From contig JAVJNR010000008.1 of the NCBI GenBank assembly GCA_040217195.1, forward strand, positions 544,001-608,000: a stretch of DNA of 64,000 nucleotides. The letters run 5' to 3'. Below, in pieces: positions 30,213-39,917 of the stretch (its first letter is position 1; every line of letters begins with the position of its first letter). Under the pieces are notes generated by a model. The model was not told where the DNA came from and did no database searches. It was given only the letters and a program-made list of their open reading frames with translations. Made by a program: the position numbers and the translations under genes. The stretch is from Leptospiraceae bacterium. GTDB taxonomy: Bacteria > Spirochaetota > Leptospiria > Leptospirales > Leptonemataceae.

Positions 30213-31738
30213 CAGTATTCGGAAAAAAATTCAGGGGAGTTTCCCTGATTCAAAAGGCCTGCCTGATCCTTATTGCAGGCCTTTTCCTTTATAGAGCGCC
30301 AGCCTACGCTCCGGATACAGAATTCATAATCGGTGGCTTCAGTAGCGATACGGCCATTCCAATTCTGATGGCCAACTCGGATTACTTCTCTCCTTTCAGT
30401 CTTTATTACTGGGGACAGGACCGGTTTGGCTCCTGGCCTTTTCTGGCATTTCGCGCCCTTGGAAATAACTGGGATTATTATTCTATTTATCTGGGAATGT
30501 ACATCTACCTCCACCTGGGCTTCATGTACTTCTTTCGAAATCGCAACCCATTGCTTCTTACACTGGTATTACTTCTCTTGCACTTCTGGCGACCTGTATC
30601 CGGTTTCATTTTCGACATAGCCCAGCCTTATGGCTGGCAATTGGGTACCATCTTGTTCGCACTGGGGCTGACGGAAAGTCGCAGTCGAAAATGGCATCCC
30701 TGGCTTTATTTCTTTTTATCCTTTCTTGGCATCTGGCTCAGTCCCTCCAGCGCGCTATATCTTCTGGGTTATCCTTTTTTGAAGGGAATCGCCCGAGAAG
30801 GTCCTTTGCTAAGGCGAGCCATGGACGGATTGAGGAAATGCCTTCCAGTGTTTCTCGCATACTGGGGCCATGGTCTGTTGAGACGCTATGTAGTTCAGTT
30901 CAATGGAAATGCCTTTTATCAGGAATACGAAACCCCGCTACGATGGAAACTGGAATACATAGGTACTGCCTGGAAGGCCGTTCTCAATGACGTTCTAGAA
31001 AATTGGGAACTGGCTATCTGGATTGTCTCTCTGGGATTCCTGCTTTCCGTGCTCTCAGTATTCAGCCTGAGAAACCGAAGCTTTAGTCTCCGGCGGCAGA
31101 CAATGTCTGTGGCTTTACTCGCAGCTTCGGCGCTATTTCTACTATCAATCCTTCCTCTTAACTGGTTTACTTTGAATCAATTTGGTGCCAGATACCTGGC
31201 TCTACCTCGGTTCTTGATTCCAGTAGGATTGATTCTATTTCTATGGAATTTTCTGAAAGCAAGAGTGCCTGCCCTGCCCTGGTCAACTGGTCCACGGCCG
31301 GGCCCGAACCTGAGCGGCTTTGTTGCTTCATTGATTCTGTTGATTGTCCTGCTTCCCTCCATGCCCGAGCGCAAATTGTCTGAGCCGTTCGAGTACAGGC
31401 AGTCCATCGCAGCAGACCTGGAATCGAAGTATCCGGGGCTGCCACTTATCGGCAATTACTGGGAGACCTATGTTTATGCTGCTCTGCAACGTACCGCCAA
31501 TATACCTCAACCAGGTCACGGACAGTATCAGAGAACCCCCTTTCTATTACCCGATGTTCTGGCCGGGCAGCAAATACTGGTAAATCATGAAGGACTTCCG
31601 GCTACGACGATAAAAAACGGTATTCCGTTAGGAGAATTTCGCTTCCGCGGACAAATCTATGTTCTAAAAGAAGAGAACGTATTGAATCGAAACCCAAGAA
31701 TCTCGCTCTATGCAAAGAGCAGCGGCCAGAACAGATAA
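30209..31738 (+). CDS. Polytopic membrane protein, possible GT-C-fold glycosyltransferase
   Basis: Many TM helices and a soluble C-terminal domain; first loop FSSDTAIPILMA...YYWGQDRFG resembles the acidic loop of ArnT/PMT-like proteins. Function is inferred. Confidence 0.5.
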   Translation: MTVFGKKFRGVSLIQKACLILIAGLFLYRAPAYAPDTEFIIGGFSSDTAIPILMANSDYFSPFSLYYWGQDRFGSWPFLAFRALGNNWDYYSIYLGMYIYLHLGFMYFFRNRNPLLLTLVLLLLHFWRPVSGFIFDIAQPYGWQLGTILFALGLTESRSRKWHPWLYFFLSFLGIWLSPSSALYLLGYPFLKGIAREGPLLRRAMDGLRKCLPVFLAYWGHGLLRRYVVQFNGNAFYQEYETPLRWKLEYIGTAWKAVLNDVLENWELAIWIVSLGFLLSVLSVFSLRNRSFSLRRQTMSVALLAASALFLLSILPLNWFTLNQFGARYLALPRFLIPVGLILFLWNFLKARVPALPWSTGPRPGPNLSGFVASLILLIVLLPSMPERKLSEPFEYRQSIAADLESKYPGLPLIGNYWETYVYAALQRTANIPQPGHGQYQRTPFLLPDVLAGQQILVNHEGLPATTIKNGIPLGEFRFRGQIYVLKEENVLNRNPRISLYAKSSGQNR

Positions 31739-31789
31739 CATCCATCCGCGAAACGAATATCTTCTATCTATTAAAACTGTCCGGCAGGG

Positions 31790-31816
31790 TTAAGTTAGCC
31801 TCCGAAAAATCGATAT
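31790..31816 (+). promoter_or_regulatory. Candidate sigma-28 (FliA) promoter
   Basis: TTAAGTTA-N11-ATCGATAT compared with consensus TAAAGTTT-N11-GCCGATAA; ends 22 nt before the ATG of the STAS gene. Confidence 0.35.
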
Positions 31817-31838
31817 TTAAATTATCGGAGCGCCAGGA

Positions 31839-32207
31839 ATGAAAGCATCTCAAAACCAGATCGAATCAGCCAATACTAATCCAGGAGCAACCAGTGAATT
31901 TCTGGCCCTTCTGGAAAGCGGAAATGAGCTACGCATTCGCCTGCGGGGACAGCTAAACCTGGACAATCATAGCAACCTGAGAGAGCTTTTGGAAGAGGTA
32001 TTGAACCGCACCGAGCAACCGCTGATTATTCTGGATATGTCCGGTGTAAGCAGTATTGCATCCAGCGCCTTTGGTGCCCTTGTGGATTTCGCACGCAGGT
32101 CCTTCCTGAAACAGCGAACATTGATTCTAGACAACCTATCGCCGGATTGCGAACGAGTTCTGGATCTGCTCAGGCTGCGCCCTTTGTTTAACGTAAATCA
32201 AAACTAA
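31839..32207 (+). CDS. STAS-domain anti-sigma-factor antagonist
   Basis: IRLRGQLNLDN, IILDMSGVSSIASSAFGALV and RVLDLLRL pattern. Confidence 0.8.
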   Translation: MKASQNQIESANTNPGATSEFLALLESGNELRIRLRGQLNLDNHSNLRELLEEVLNRTEQPLIILDMSGVSSIASSAFGALVDFARRSFLKQRTLILDNLSPDCERVLDLLRLRPLFNVNQN

Positions 32208-32294
32208 TAATAGCCCGGCAGAACTGCGAGTCCTGCCGGACCTTGAACGGAGACATGGCTCAGAAGCTCGGTCCTGCATTCGCCGGCTTTGAAC

Positions 32295-33152
32295 TCAGGC
32301 CGCTCTTTCTGCCTCCAGGGCAGGTTGAATACTGGCCTGTCCGGACTCTTTGCGGCGCGCCACTACCGCTTCGAAATATTCATCGTAATTTGGGAAGTTT
32401 GTGCCACAGACACGATCCCAGAAATTGAAATACAGGCTGAAGTTTCCATTAAAATGCGAATGATGCATATTATGATGGGTAGATGTGTTGATCCATTTCG
32501 TAATCCTGCCCTGAGTCCAGCCGGCGGGAAAGACTTCATAGCCAGAATGCCACCAGATATTCATGATCATCGCATAGCCTACGTGGACCAGGATAATCAC
32601 AGGATGCATGGGCACCAGAAATACAAACAAAGGCAGATAGATGGCTTCCAGAAACGCTTCGTATGCATTGAAAGCATACGCCGCAAAAGGACTTGGATTC
32701 GTAGAGCGATGATGAGTGAGATGGATTAGCTTGAAGAATGGCTTTCTGTGAACCAGTCGATGCATCCAGTAAAACCAGGTTTCATGCCAGACCGTAATCG
32801 CTGCAAGACTGAATATTGCATACTCCCAGCCAAAATCGGAAAACTCTTTATACACCTGGTTCCAGCCCGCCTTTCCCATCGTAATGCTAGCTATGGCTGT
32901 TCCCACAAAAACAAGCAGAGTGACGAAAGACCATCGAACCTCATGCCAGATCTTACTGGACTCCGGCCATTTCTGCTGGATTCGCGCTCCAATAAAACGA
33001 CGACTTCCCCAGACCCATACCACCAGAAAGACCAGCCCGGCCACAGGATAGTAACGCACTACATTCATAAACAGTTGAAAGATGGCCACCTCTGCGGTAC
33101 AGCTCCAGGATAATTCACAATTCAATGGATCCATTCTATCCTCCCATTCCAT
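32295..33152 (-). CDS. Sterol desaturase / fatty acid hydroxylase family protein
   Basis: His boxes YWMHRLVH, IHLTHH, WWHSG and HHNMHH; NFSLYFNFWDRVCGT. Confidence 0.9.
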   Translation of the reverse strand: MEWEDRMDPLNCELSWSCTAEVAIFQLFMNVVRYYPVAGLVFLVVWVWGSRRFIGARIQQKWPESSKIWHEVRWSFVTLLVFVGTAIASITMGKAGWNQVYKEFSDFGWEYAIFSLAAITVWHETWFYWMHRLVHRKPFFKLIHLTHHRSTNPSPFAAYAFNAYEAFLEAIYLPLFVFLVPMHPVIILVHVGYAMIMNIWWHSGYEVFPAGWTQGRITKWINTSTHHNMHHSHFNGNFSLYFNFWDRVCGTNFPNYDEYFEAVVARRKESGQASIQPALEAERAA

Positions 33153-33244
33153 TTCTCTGGCAGCTGAAGGAGCAGAGCCTGCAGCCCGACCAGGAATCAG
33201 TATGGAATCAGGATAGCATGGTCTTGCAGATCAGTCGTCCGGCG

Positions 33245-33282
33245 GTATAAATCCGGCGTAAAAATTGGGTCCAGATTTATAC
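33245..33282. promoter_or_regulatory. Inverted repeat between the AraC gene and the desaturase start
   Basis: GTATAAATCCGG-N14-CCAGATTTATAC (11 of 12 arm positions pair). Confidence 0.45.
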
Positions 33283-33298
33283 AATTGGTCTGCAACCG

Positions 33299-34408
33299 CT
33301 ACAGGGAAGGTGGTTTCTTGCGATATTGACCGGGACTTATCCCTGTATGTCTCTGAAATGCATCGTTAAATGTGGATTTCGAATTGAAACCCACATCGTA
33401 GGCAATGGATAGAACGGTGCGCTCCTTCTCTTCCAGAAGCATTTTGCAGGCAGCCCTGACCCGGTACTGATTTACAAAACCGGAAAAGTTCTGATTCAAA
33501 TGGTGGTTGATGTACTCCGAAAGTTGATGCATGGTTATGTCCAGACGAGAGGCCAGCTCTGGTAGAGAAAGGTCCTCCTCTTTGAAAGCCTGCTCCATCT
33601 CCATAATTTTGCCCAGGCGACTTTCTAGATCCTTGACATCAATTCCTCCCAGCCTGGTCTTTTGGTAGCGGTTCTTTTCCTTTTCTCTCTGGTAAACTAC
33701 TTCCAGATCATGAAAGAACTGCGGATATCTTCTCTGAACAAAATAAACCATGGGCCCGTTTAATGCAATTATGGATATGGAGAGTCCCAGGTAACCCAGG
33801 TGACCACTTAATAAAGCCACAAGGGCCACGGATGATCCCAGTATGGTCAATCCTGGAAAAACCAGAGAAGCTCGTATAACTCCTTCCTTCTTGAGGCTAT
33901 CCAGACTGATATCAGAGGACAGGTCGCGCACAGCCCATGCCATATAGAAAATATTATGGACCAGCCCCAGAGGAAAGATCCATACACCGGGCCCGGATGG
34001 CTGCCCTCTATAAATGGCTTCAATTCGCGCCAGCTTCTCAGGTGTGCTTTCCAACAAGTTAGGAATCAATATCAGTGATACCAGAATTCCAGGAATAAAA
34101 TGAAGTAGCAGTACCGACCAGGAAATTGGTCTTTGCGCCACCCTTTCCTCCAGGAAGGCTCGAATCATTGGCCCAATAAACATCAGGACCGGCATGGTAA
34201 TCTCAAAGAATGGAGCCACCAGGTGCATTCGCATGGTCAGCAATAGCCAGGCTCGAATTAGGACCATGGCGAAACCAAGAAAGACAGCGGCCAATAATAT
34301 ATTTCTGGACCTGATCTGAACTACAAACAGTTCCCCCAGAGAGAAGATTAATACCAGAAAGGCAAAAGCTGGAAGATAATCCAGGGGATGCAGTCCGCCC
34401 ATGGGCAA
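33299..34408 (-). CDS. Membrane-anchored AraC-family transcriptional regulator
   Basis: About 7 N-terminal TM helices; C-terminal HTH LSLPELAS...HQLSEYIN...IAYDVGFNSKSTFNDAF. Confidence 0.9.
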   Translation of the reverse strand: MPMGGLHPLDYLPAFAFLVLIFSLGELFVVQIRSRNILLAAVFLGFAMVLIRAWLLLTMRMHLVAPFFEITMPVLMFIGPMIRAFLEERVAQRPISWSVLLLHFIPGILVSLILIPNLLESTPEKLARIEAIYRGQPSGPGVWIFPLGLVHNIFYMAWAVRDLSSDISLDSLKKEGVIRASLVFPGLTILGSSVALVALLSGHLGYLGLSISIIALNGPMVYFVQRRYPQFFHDLEVVYQREKEKNRYQKTRLGGIDVKDLESRLGKIMEMEQAFKEEDLSLPELASRLDITMHQLSEYINHHLNQNFSGFVNQYRVRAACKMLLEEKERTVLSIAYDVGFNSKSTFNDAFQRHTGISPGQYRKKPPSL

Positions 34409-34568
34409 TTGCTAGAATATAGGCTTTATGAATCCAGCAGGATTTCATAATTCCTGCACCCGGGCTGTGGCTGCAGCTATCATTGTGCTGGACATCTGCT
34501 TATAGAAAGCATCCTATGATCAGGCTAATCGTCTATTAACCGGCCTACCATAGGCCAAAAGGCTACCG

Positions 34569-37500
34569 ATGACTGAAATCATTATCTTCTTTTTAGGTAC
34601 CGTTGGTACAATCCTAACTTTTGCTGCATTTTTTATCCCTATCTATCTATTATTCAAAGTCTCCTCCCTGTCCAGGCGAGTCCGGGAACTGGAAAACCAG
34701 ATTTCTTCGCCAGCCGGCCAGAGCATGGTCCGGGAGCCAGAGCCGCCGACTTTTACCGCGGAGCAATCCTATTCTCGCAGAGAGCCATCAGGCGTTACGG
34801 TTATTGAACAGAGCAAACAAGATACTCCGGCTGCAGAGTCCGCCTCTGCAGCCCGCTACATGGAAAGCCAGGGAAGAAACGCAACAGCCATCCCAACCAG
34901 TCCTCAGGAAAGAGAAGTAGAATCGCCAGCAGTTCCCCCTCCTCCCACGGCATTTGAGCTGGGCTGGAAAAAGCTGGAGGCTGCACTGGCTGAAAATTGG
35001 ACCGGAATCCTGGGTACCATTATACTCGTAGTTGGCGTTGCCTTTCTGGGTGTGTATGCAGCACTCAAAATGGGACCGTTCTTACGCTTCCTGATGGTTC
35101 TGGGCATTGCAGCAGGACTGTTCGCAGCATCCGTCTATCTGGCCAGGAAAGAACACTGGAGACCCCTGGCCGTATGGATTCGTAGCGGATCGGGAGCCAT
35201 CCTGCTTCTGGCCTGTCTGGGATCCGCTCTTTTCCCTGCCATGCGATGGGTTCATGATGAGAACCTGGCTCTTCTACTGATTTTGTTTGGAGTAGGCGCA
35301 AACCTGGCCCTGGCCTGGTGGTCTTCCGTTCAAACGGTGGCCTCAATTCATACGGCAATCAGTATACTTGCACTCTTGATCCTTCCAAAAAGTCCTCTTT
35401 TATACTCCATCATCGCAGGAATCAGTATTTTCAGTACATACCTTTCCTATCGGGCCAGATGGGAATTCCATTTGCTACAGGCAGTATCCGTTTTCTTTCT
35501 TGCGAACCTGGTTTATGGAATGCATTACGGGGCTCCAAACAACGAAATCCACGGTGGAATTCGCTGGATTGGACTGTTTTCTACCGGTGCAGTATCGGTA
35601 CTTGCATTACTACTGCATTATCGTTCTCGTTATGGAAATAAATCCTTCGAACGATGGCCTTTCATTTCGCATATAGTCACCTGGGCTACAGCGGCTCTTG
35701 GATTTGCACTCTACAGTAGTGGGTCCAGGATCAATACCATCGTTCTATTTTCAGTGGCTCTGGCTGTTTACCTGCATGCGCGCAGGGCGAGGAATTCCAA
35801 AATTCGCTGGCTGTATCATACAGACTCCATAATGGCATTGCTGATTAGCCTTCTTGGTGCATTAACTTTGCAAAGATGGGAATGGGACCTGCTGGCTTCA
35901 GGACTGGTATGCACAGCACTGATGCTTGCATTCTCGGTGGCCGCCAGCATGGAAAGAGAAACTCTATTAAAGGGAGTCGGTGTTATTCTACTTCACATCG
36001 CCTGGGTTTTTCTCTCGGTTATCTTTTTCGCAGAGCTAACTTCCCATCGATTGTGGTATCAATCCGGTATACTGCTTGCCTCCCTTATTCTCTCTCTGGC
36101 CTATATCTGGTTTGACAGGCATAGAATTAATGAAGAGGAGCGACTGGATGCATCCCTGGGATTATCCGCTGGAAGTCCGTTATCTTTTTCGGGAGTGTTT
36201 TCGGGCATTTTCGTTCTGCTTCTTGCCATTACGCTTCGTAACGTAGAGAATGCAGAGTATTACATCTCCGGCCTGTCTCTGGCTCTACTCTTTAGCCTGC
36301 ATGGATTCAAGCTAAATCAGCTCTCTTCAGCAGTACTACCGGTTTTATTTGGATTACATTTCCTGGTATTCTATCGAGCCTATGACCAGTCTCCAGGGTT
36401 GCAGGTCTTTACCGATGCCCCACTGCTCATCTTATTTCTGGCAGGCATTCTTCTGGCACCCATGAATATTCCTGGCAAGCAACCATGGGTTCAAAGCAGG
36501 TTATTCGCAGTGCTTCTGATCATTCACGTAATCGCATTGACCTATATTCTGTCCAGTCCCCATTCCAGTCTTCTACCGGGAGTACTGTGGCTATCTCTTT
36601 CCATCGCTTTTCTGGAAATCGATCGCTGGTCTGTGTCCGGAAAATCAAAACTACTCTCTGGAATCCAGCTTGCCCGGCCAGTGTGGTTTCTGGGCGCCCT
36701 ATCCATGGTACTTCTGTTTTTAATTTCGCATCTATTCGTGCATCTTCAGAGCGAAACCCTTCTGGGGCCTATTAGAGCCAGGCTCTTGATTCAGATCTAC
36801 GCCATATCTGTATTTCTATACTGGGCCATGACCGGCCCTCTGGTTCAGAAATCCGATACTGGCATCCTTTCCAGGTTCGCAACGGTCTTCTGGGAGCTGG
36901 TAATCCTGTTTTTATCTATGGCTGTAGCCCTGGAAATGGGGCCGGTCTGGCTGCCTGTAATCTGGATCCTTCTGGCCGGGCTACTACGTTATTCTATAGT
37001 CTGGAGCATCATTCCAGGCCGATTCGAGATCTATTCAATATTCTTTTTCTGGGCCTCGGTCATCCATACAGCGGTTGTTTCGAGCACTTATGCAACTCCT
37101 TCGAATTTCCTGGCAGACCAGGCATGGTTTGGCGGACTGATTGCAGTTGCCGGGCAACTAATCTATCTGCTCCTGCAGTATTCTCCATATCTGGGGCATA
37201 GAGAGCGCAATACGCCGATTGACTGGCTGAGCCAGAGATTCCAGCGCTTCCAGACCGTAGCGGACCGAAAGGAGCTTTCGATTTTCTATCCACTGTTTCT
37301 GTCTGTTGCTCTATTTCTATTCTGGAGCTTCGATAGTTCATTGCTCACCCTGTTCTGGATGATTGAAGTATTTGTTGTATTTATCATTGGACTTCGACTG
37401 AACCAGGACCACTTCCGATATGTTGCACAGATTGCCATGGTAATCTGCTTAATTCGTCTGATATTTTTTGATTTGAGCCAGTCCAGCGTCGCAATGCAAG

Positions 37501-37595
37501 CGTTTGTATTTCTGGGAGTTGGTGGTATCATGATTCTAATGAATGTAATCTACCGTAGATTTCGCTCGAATCAGAGCCCCTCTGATAAAACCTAG
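34569..37595 (+). CDS. Large polytopic membrane protein (DUF2339-like)
   Basis: N-terminal TM, Pro/Ser-rich linker, LEAALAENWTGILG, more than 20 TM helices and C-terminal RLIFFDL. Confidence 0.75.
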   Translation: MTEIIIFFLGTVGTILTFAAFFIPIYLLFKVSSLSRRVRELENQISSPAGQSMVREPEPPTFTAEQSYSRREPSGVTVIEQSKQDTPAAESASAARYMESQGRNATAIPTSPQEREVESPAVPPPPTAFELGWKKLEAALAENWTGILGTIILVVGVAFLGVYAALKMGPFLRFLMVLGIAAGLFAASVYLARKEHWRPLAVWIRSGSGAILLLACLGSALFPAMRWVHDENLALLLILFGVGANLALAWWSSVQTVASIHTAISILALLILPKSPLLYSIIAGISIFSTYLSYRARWEFHLLQAVSVFFLANLVYGMHYGAPNNEIHGGIRWIGLFSTGAVSVLALLLHYRSRYGNKSFERWPFISHIVTWATAALGFALYSSGSRINTIVLFSVALAVYLHARRARNSKIRWLYHTDSIMALLISLLGALTLQRWEWDLLASGLVCTALMLAFSVAASMERETLLKGVGVILLHIAWVFLSVIFFAELTSHRLWYQSGILLASLILSLAYIWFDRHRINEEERLDASLGLSAGSPLSFSGVFSGIFVLLLAITLRNVENAEYYISGLSLALLFSLHGFKLNQLSSAVLPVLFGLHFLVFYRAYDQSPGLQVFTDAPLLILFLAGILLAPMNIPGKQPWVQSRLFAVLLIIHVIALTYILSSPHSSLLPGVLWLSLSIAFLEIDRWSVSGKSKLLSGIQLARPVWFLGALSMVLLFLISHLFVHLQSETLLGPIRARLLIQIYAISVFLYWAMTGPLVQKSDTGILSRFATVFWELVILFLSMAVALEMGPVWLPVIWILLAGLLRYSIVWSIIPGRFEIYSIFFFWASVIHTAVVSSTYATPSNFLADQAWFGGLIAVAGQLIYLLLQYSPYLGHRERNTPIDWLSQRFQRFQTVADRKELSIFYPLFLSVALFLFWSFDSSLLTLFWMIEVFVVFIIGLRLNQDHFRYVAQIAMVICLIRLIFFDLSQSSVAMQAFVFLGVGGIMILMNVIYRRFRSNQSPSDKT

Positions 37596-37627
37596 CCATT
37601 CGCTGTTCTAAAATTGGAGATTCTTTT

Positions 37628-38518
37628 ATGCCAGTACGCTTCTTTGCCTTTATCGCAATCCTGGTTTCAGGAATATTTTTATCTGCCGGGCTATTCTTCA
37701 CCAGAGAAAGACAGCTTCCTCCCACAGCAGCGCCACTGTTTGAGTTACTGGGTAAGCCTCTGAAAACCGCTGACGTGGCGCTTACTCGTATACTCCCCAT
37801 CAATGAAGTTGACGAAGCGGAACTGGGAAATGCCATCGCTCTGCGCTATGAGGCCTACAGAGATCCAGATAATCCAGACCAGAAATACCTGGAAAGCCTG
37901 GTACGTAGCCTTTCGCAGAACAATGAAAAAGGCTTCAACTACAGAGTCTTTATTCTACCCTATAGCTCTCCCAATGCCGCTGCAGCTCCAGGAGGAGTCT
38001 TGTTCGTAACCAGTGGATTGCTGGAACTGGTAGAAACTGAGTCAGAGCTGGTCTCTGTACTCGGTCATGAAATTGGACATGTGGAACTATCCCATTGCAT
38101 GGACATGGTTCGATTTCAACTGCTGGCACAGAAAATAGAGGCACGCCCTCTGGGCGAAATCGCTGACCTGTCTGTTGGCATACTGCTTCGACCTTCTTTC
38201 AGTAAGACCCAGGAAGGGGATGCAGACCTTTACGGATATCAGATGCTAATTCGAGAAAACTATAATCCCTTTGGTATGGCCAATGCATTTGATAAGCTAG
38301 CTTCCCTGAATCCGGATGAAATGGAAGAATCCAACCCATTGAAAGAATACTTTAGAAGTCATCCCTATTCCAGGCTTCGAGCCGAGAGGTTCCGGGCAGA
38401 GGCCAGAAGTTCCGAAGTGGAACGGTATTACATTGGAAAGAAAAACCTTCAGGAAAGGTTAAGCAGGTACGAAACTGAATATCCGGAGGAATGGGAAGGA
38501 GAAAAAGAAGTAGATTGA
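37628..38518 (+). CDS. M48-family zinc metallopeptidase
   Basis: PNAAAAPGG, VLGHEIGH (HExxH), QEGDAD and SHP motifs; N-terminal TM. Confidence 0.9.
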   Translation: MPVRFFAFIAILVSGIFLSAGLFFTRERQLPPTAAPLFELLGKPLKTADVALTRILPINEVDEAELGNAIALRYEAYRDPDNPDQKYLESLVRSLSQNNEKGFNYRVFILPYSSPNAAAAPGGVLFVTSGLLELVETESELVSVLGHEIGHVELSHCMDMVRFQLLAQKIEARPLGEIADLSVGILLRPSFSKTQEGDADLYGYQMLIRENYNPFGMANAFDKLASLNPDEMEESNPLKEYFRSHPYSRLRAERFRAEARSSEVERYYIGKKNLQERLSRYETEYPEEWEGEKEVD

Positions 38519-38539
38519 ATCTGCTTCTTCATTCGCTGA

Positions 38540-39328
38540 CTATTTCTTCGCTTTTTTCAATTCGGCAATGTGGGCCTGGCATCGTTTCATGTTTTCTTCC
38601 ATGGCCTTCTGCACCCGATTCTTTTGCTCTTCAAATTCGATTTCGTTAAGTTTCCCTGGAACATAGATGGGCTCACCATAGGAAACCACAACTCGAGTGA
38701 ATGGCTTGGGTACACGATGCTTATCCCAGGCTTTCTCTGCAATCCATTGACGTACCCCTTCATAGTGGAATGGAACGATAGGCTTTCCGGACATCATGGC
38801 AGCCATTATTAAGCCACTCTGAACCTGAAAGGCCGGACCTCGGGGCCCATCTGGAGTGATGGCAGCCGGCTGTCCTTTCTTCAGGGCTACCACGCAATTC
38901 TTCAGCGCGCGCATGCCCCCTTTACTTGTGGATCCTCGAATGGCGAAATTCCCGAATTTTCTTACTACTTTTGTGATCATTTCCCCATCTTTGGAGTCAC
39001 TGATCATTACATTGGCTTTCATTCCCCGGTTCAAATAGGGAGAGAATAGTACATTCGTATGCCAGATTCCATAGATCCAGGCCTTTCCGCTTTTATGGAT
39101 TTCATTAAATGGCTGGCGCCCAATGTCAATCCTGCGCCAGGTGAGTCCCCACAGCCGCTGCAGATTTACAACAATGAATGGTAGAATCCAGACCTTAAGA
39201 CCTCGCTTGGCCGCACCGTCAGGCTTCTCCATCTTTTCTGGTTTAACCGCGCCTTCCTGCCCTGACTCAGGCTCTAAAGCCTGCGCACTGGATACAGCAA
39301 CGGACTGGTCTCTGGTCTTTTCTCCCAT
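38540..39328 (-). CDS. DUF374 lysophospholipid-acyltransferase-like protein
   Basis: IWH, MISDSKDGEMI, IRGSTSKGG, ITPDGPRGP and WDKHRVPKPF motifs. Start uncertain. Confidence 0.82.
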   Translation of the reverse strand: MGEKTRDQSVAVSSAQALEPESGQEGAVKPEKMEKPDGAAKRGLKVWILPFIVVNLQRLWGLTWRRIDIGRQPFNEIHKSGKAWIYGIWHTNVLFSPYLNRGMKANVMISDSKDGEMITKVVRKFGNFAIRGSTSKGGMRALKNCVVALKKGQPAAITPDGPRGPAFQVQSGLIMAAMMSGKPIVPFHYEGVRQWIAEKAWDKHRVPKPFTRVVVSYGEPIYVPGKLNEIEFEEQKNRVQKAMEENMKRCQAHIAELKKAKK

Positions 39329-39521
39329 GACACATGGGAAAAAAATGCCACTTTCGTGCAAACCACAATTCCCTTGCTTCTGTTCTACACGGAGATCCAG
39401 AGCCGCACCCGCTTGAATCCAAATTCTTCCTCGCACAGAAATAGATGGAATCATTTCCATTTTGGAAACAATACCCTGGTTCCGATTGCAATTTTATGCC
39501 CGAAGATTTTCCTGACCCTCA

Positions 39522-39839
39522 ATGTTGATCTGTCGACCTTCTCTTTGTTTTAGTCTGGCTCTTCTAATTGTGCCTCTGAGTTGCGATACATCGAACGATG
39601 ACTCGGTCCAGATAGAAAACCAGGACATGCGTACCGTTACTGCGGCCAGCGGACTCGTACTGCGCGAAAAACCCAACACTACGTCCACGAAACTCGCACT
39701 GATACCTGAGGGAACGAAAGTTCAGGTGCTGGAGGAGAAATCCGAATCGGAGCAGATCGGAAATGTCACCGGCAAATGGACACGAATCAATCACAATGGA
39801 ATCAGAGGCTGGGTTTTCGGAGCCTATCTGGAGCAGTAG
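39522..39839 (+). CDS. Bacterial SH3-domain lipoprotein
   Basis: Lipobox-like PLSC; GLVLREKP...IPEGTKV...GKWTRI...GWVFGAYL. Confidence 0.82.
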   Translation: MLICRPSLCFSLALLIVPLSCDTSNDDSVQIENQDMRTVTAASGLVLREKPNTTSTKLALIPEGTKVQVLEEKSESEQIGNVTGKWTRINHNGIRGWVFGAYLEQ

Positions 39840-39917
39840 ATTTCCAGTCCCACGGGTCCGGGTTCCAGGCCATTGATTTAGATCGCTTACTTCGCCCGCA
39901 TAATATCTCAGGGCGCC

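Noticed and set aside
32215..32239. Hairpin CCGGCAG...CTGCCGG between convergent genes
   Set aside because: No U-tract on either strand, so it is too weak to call a terminator.
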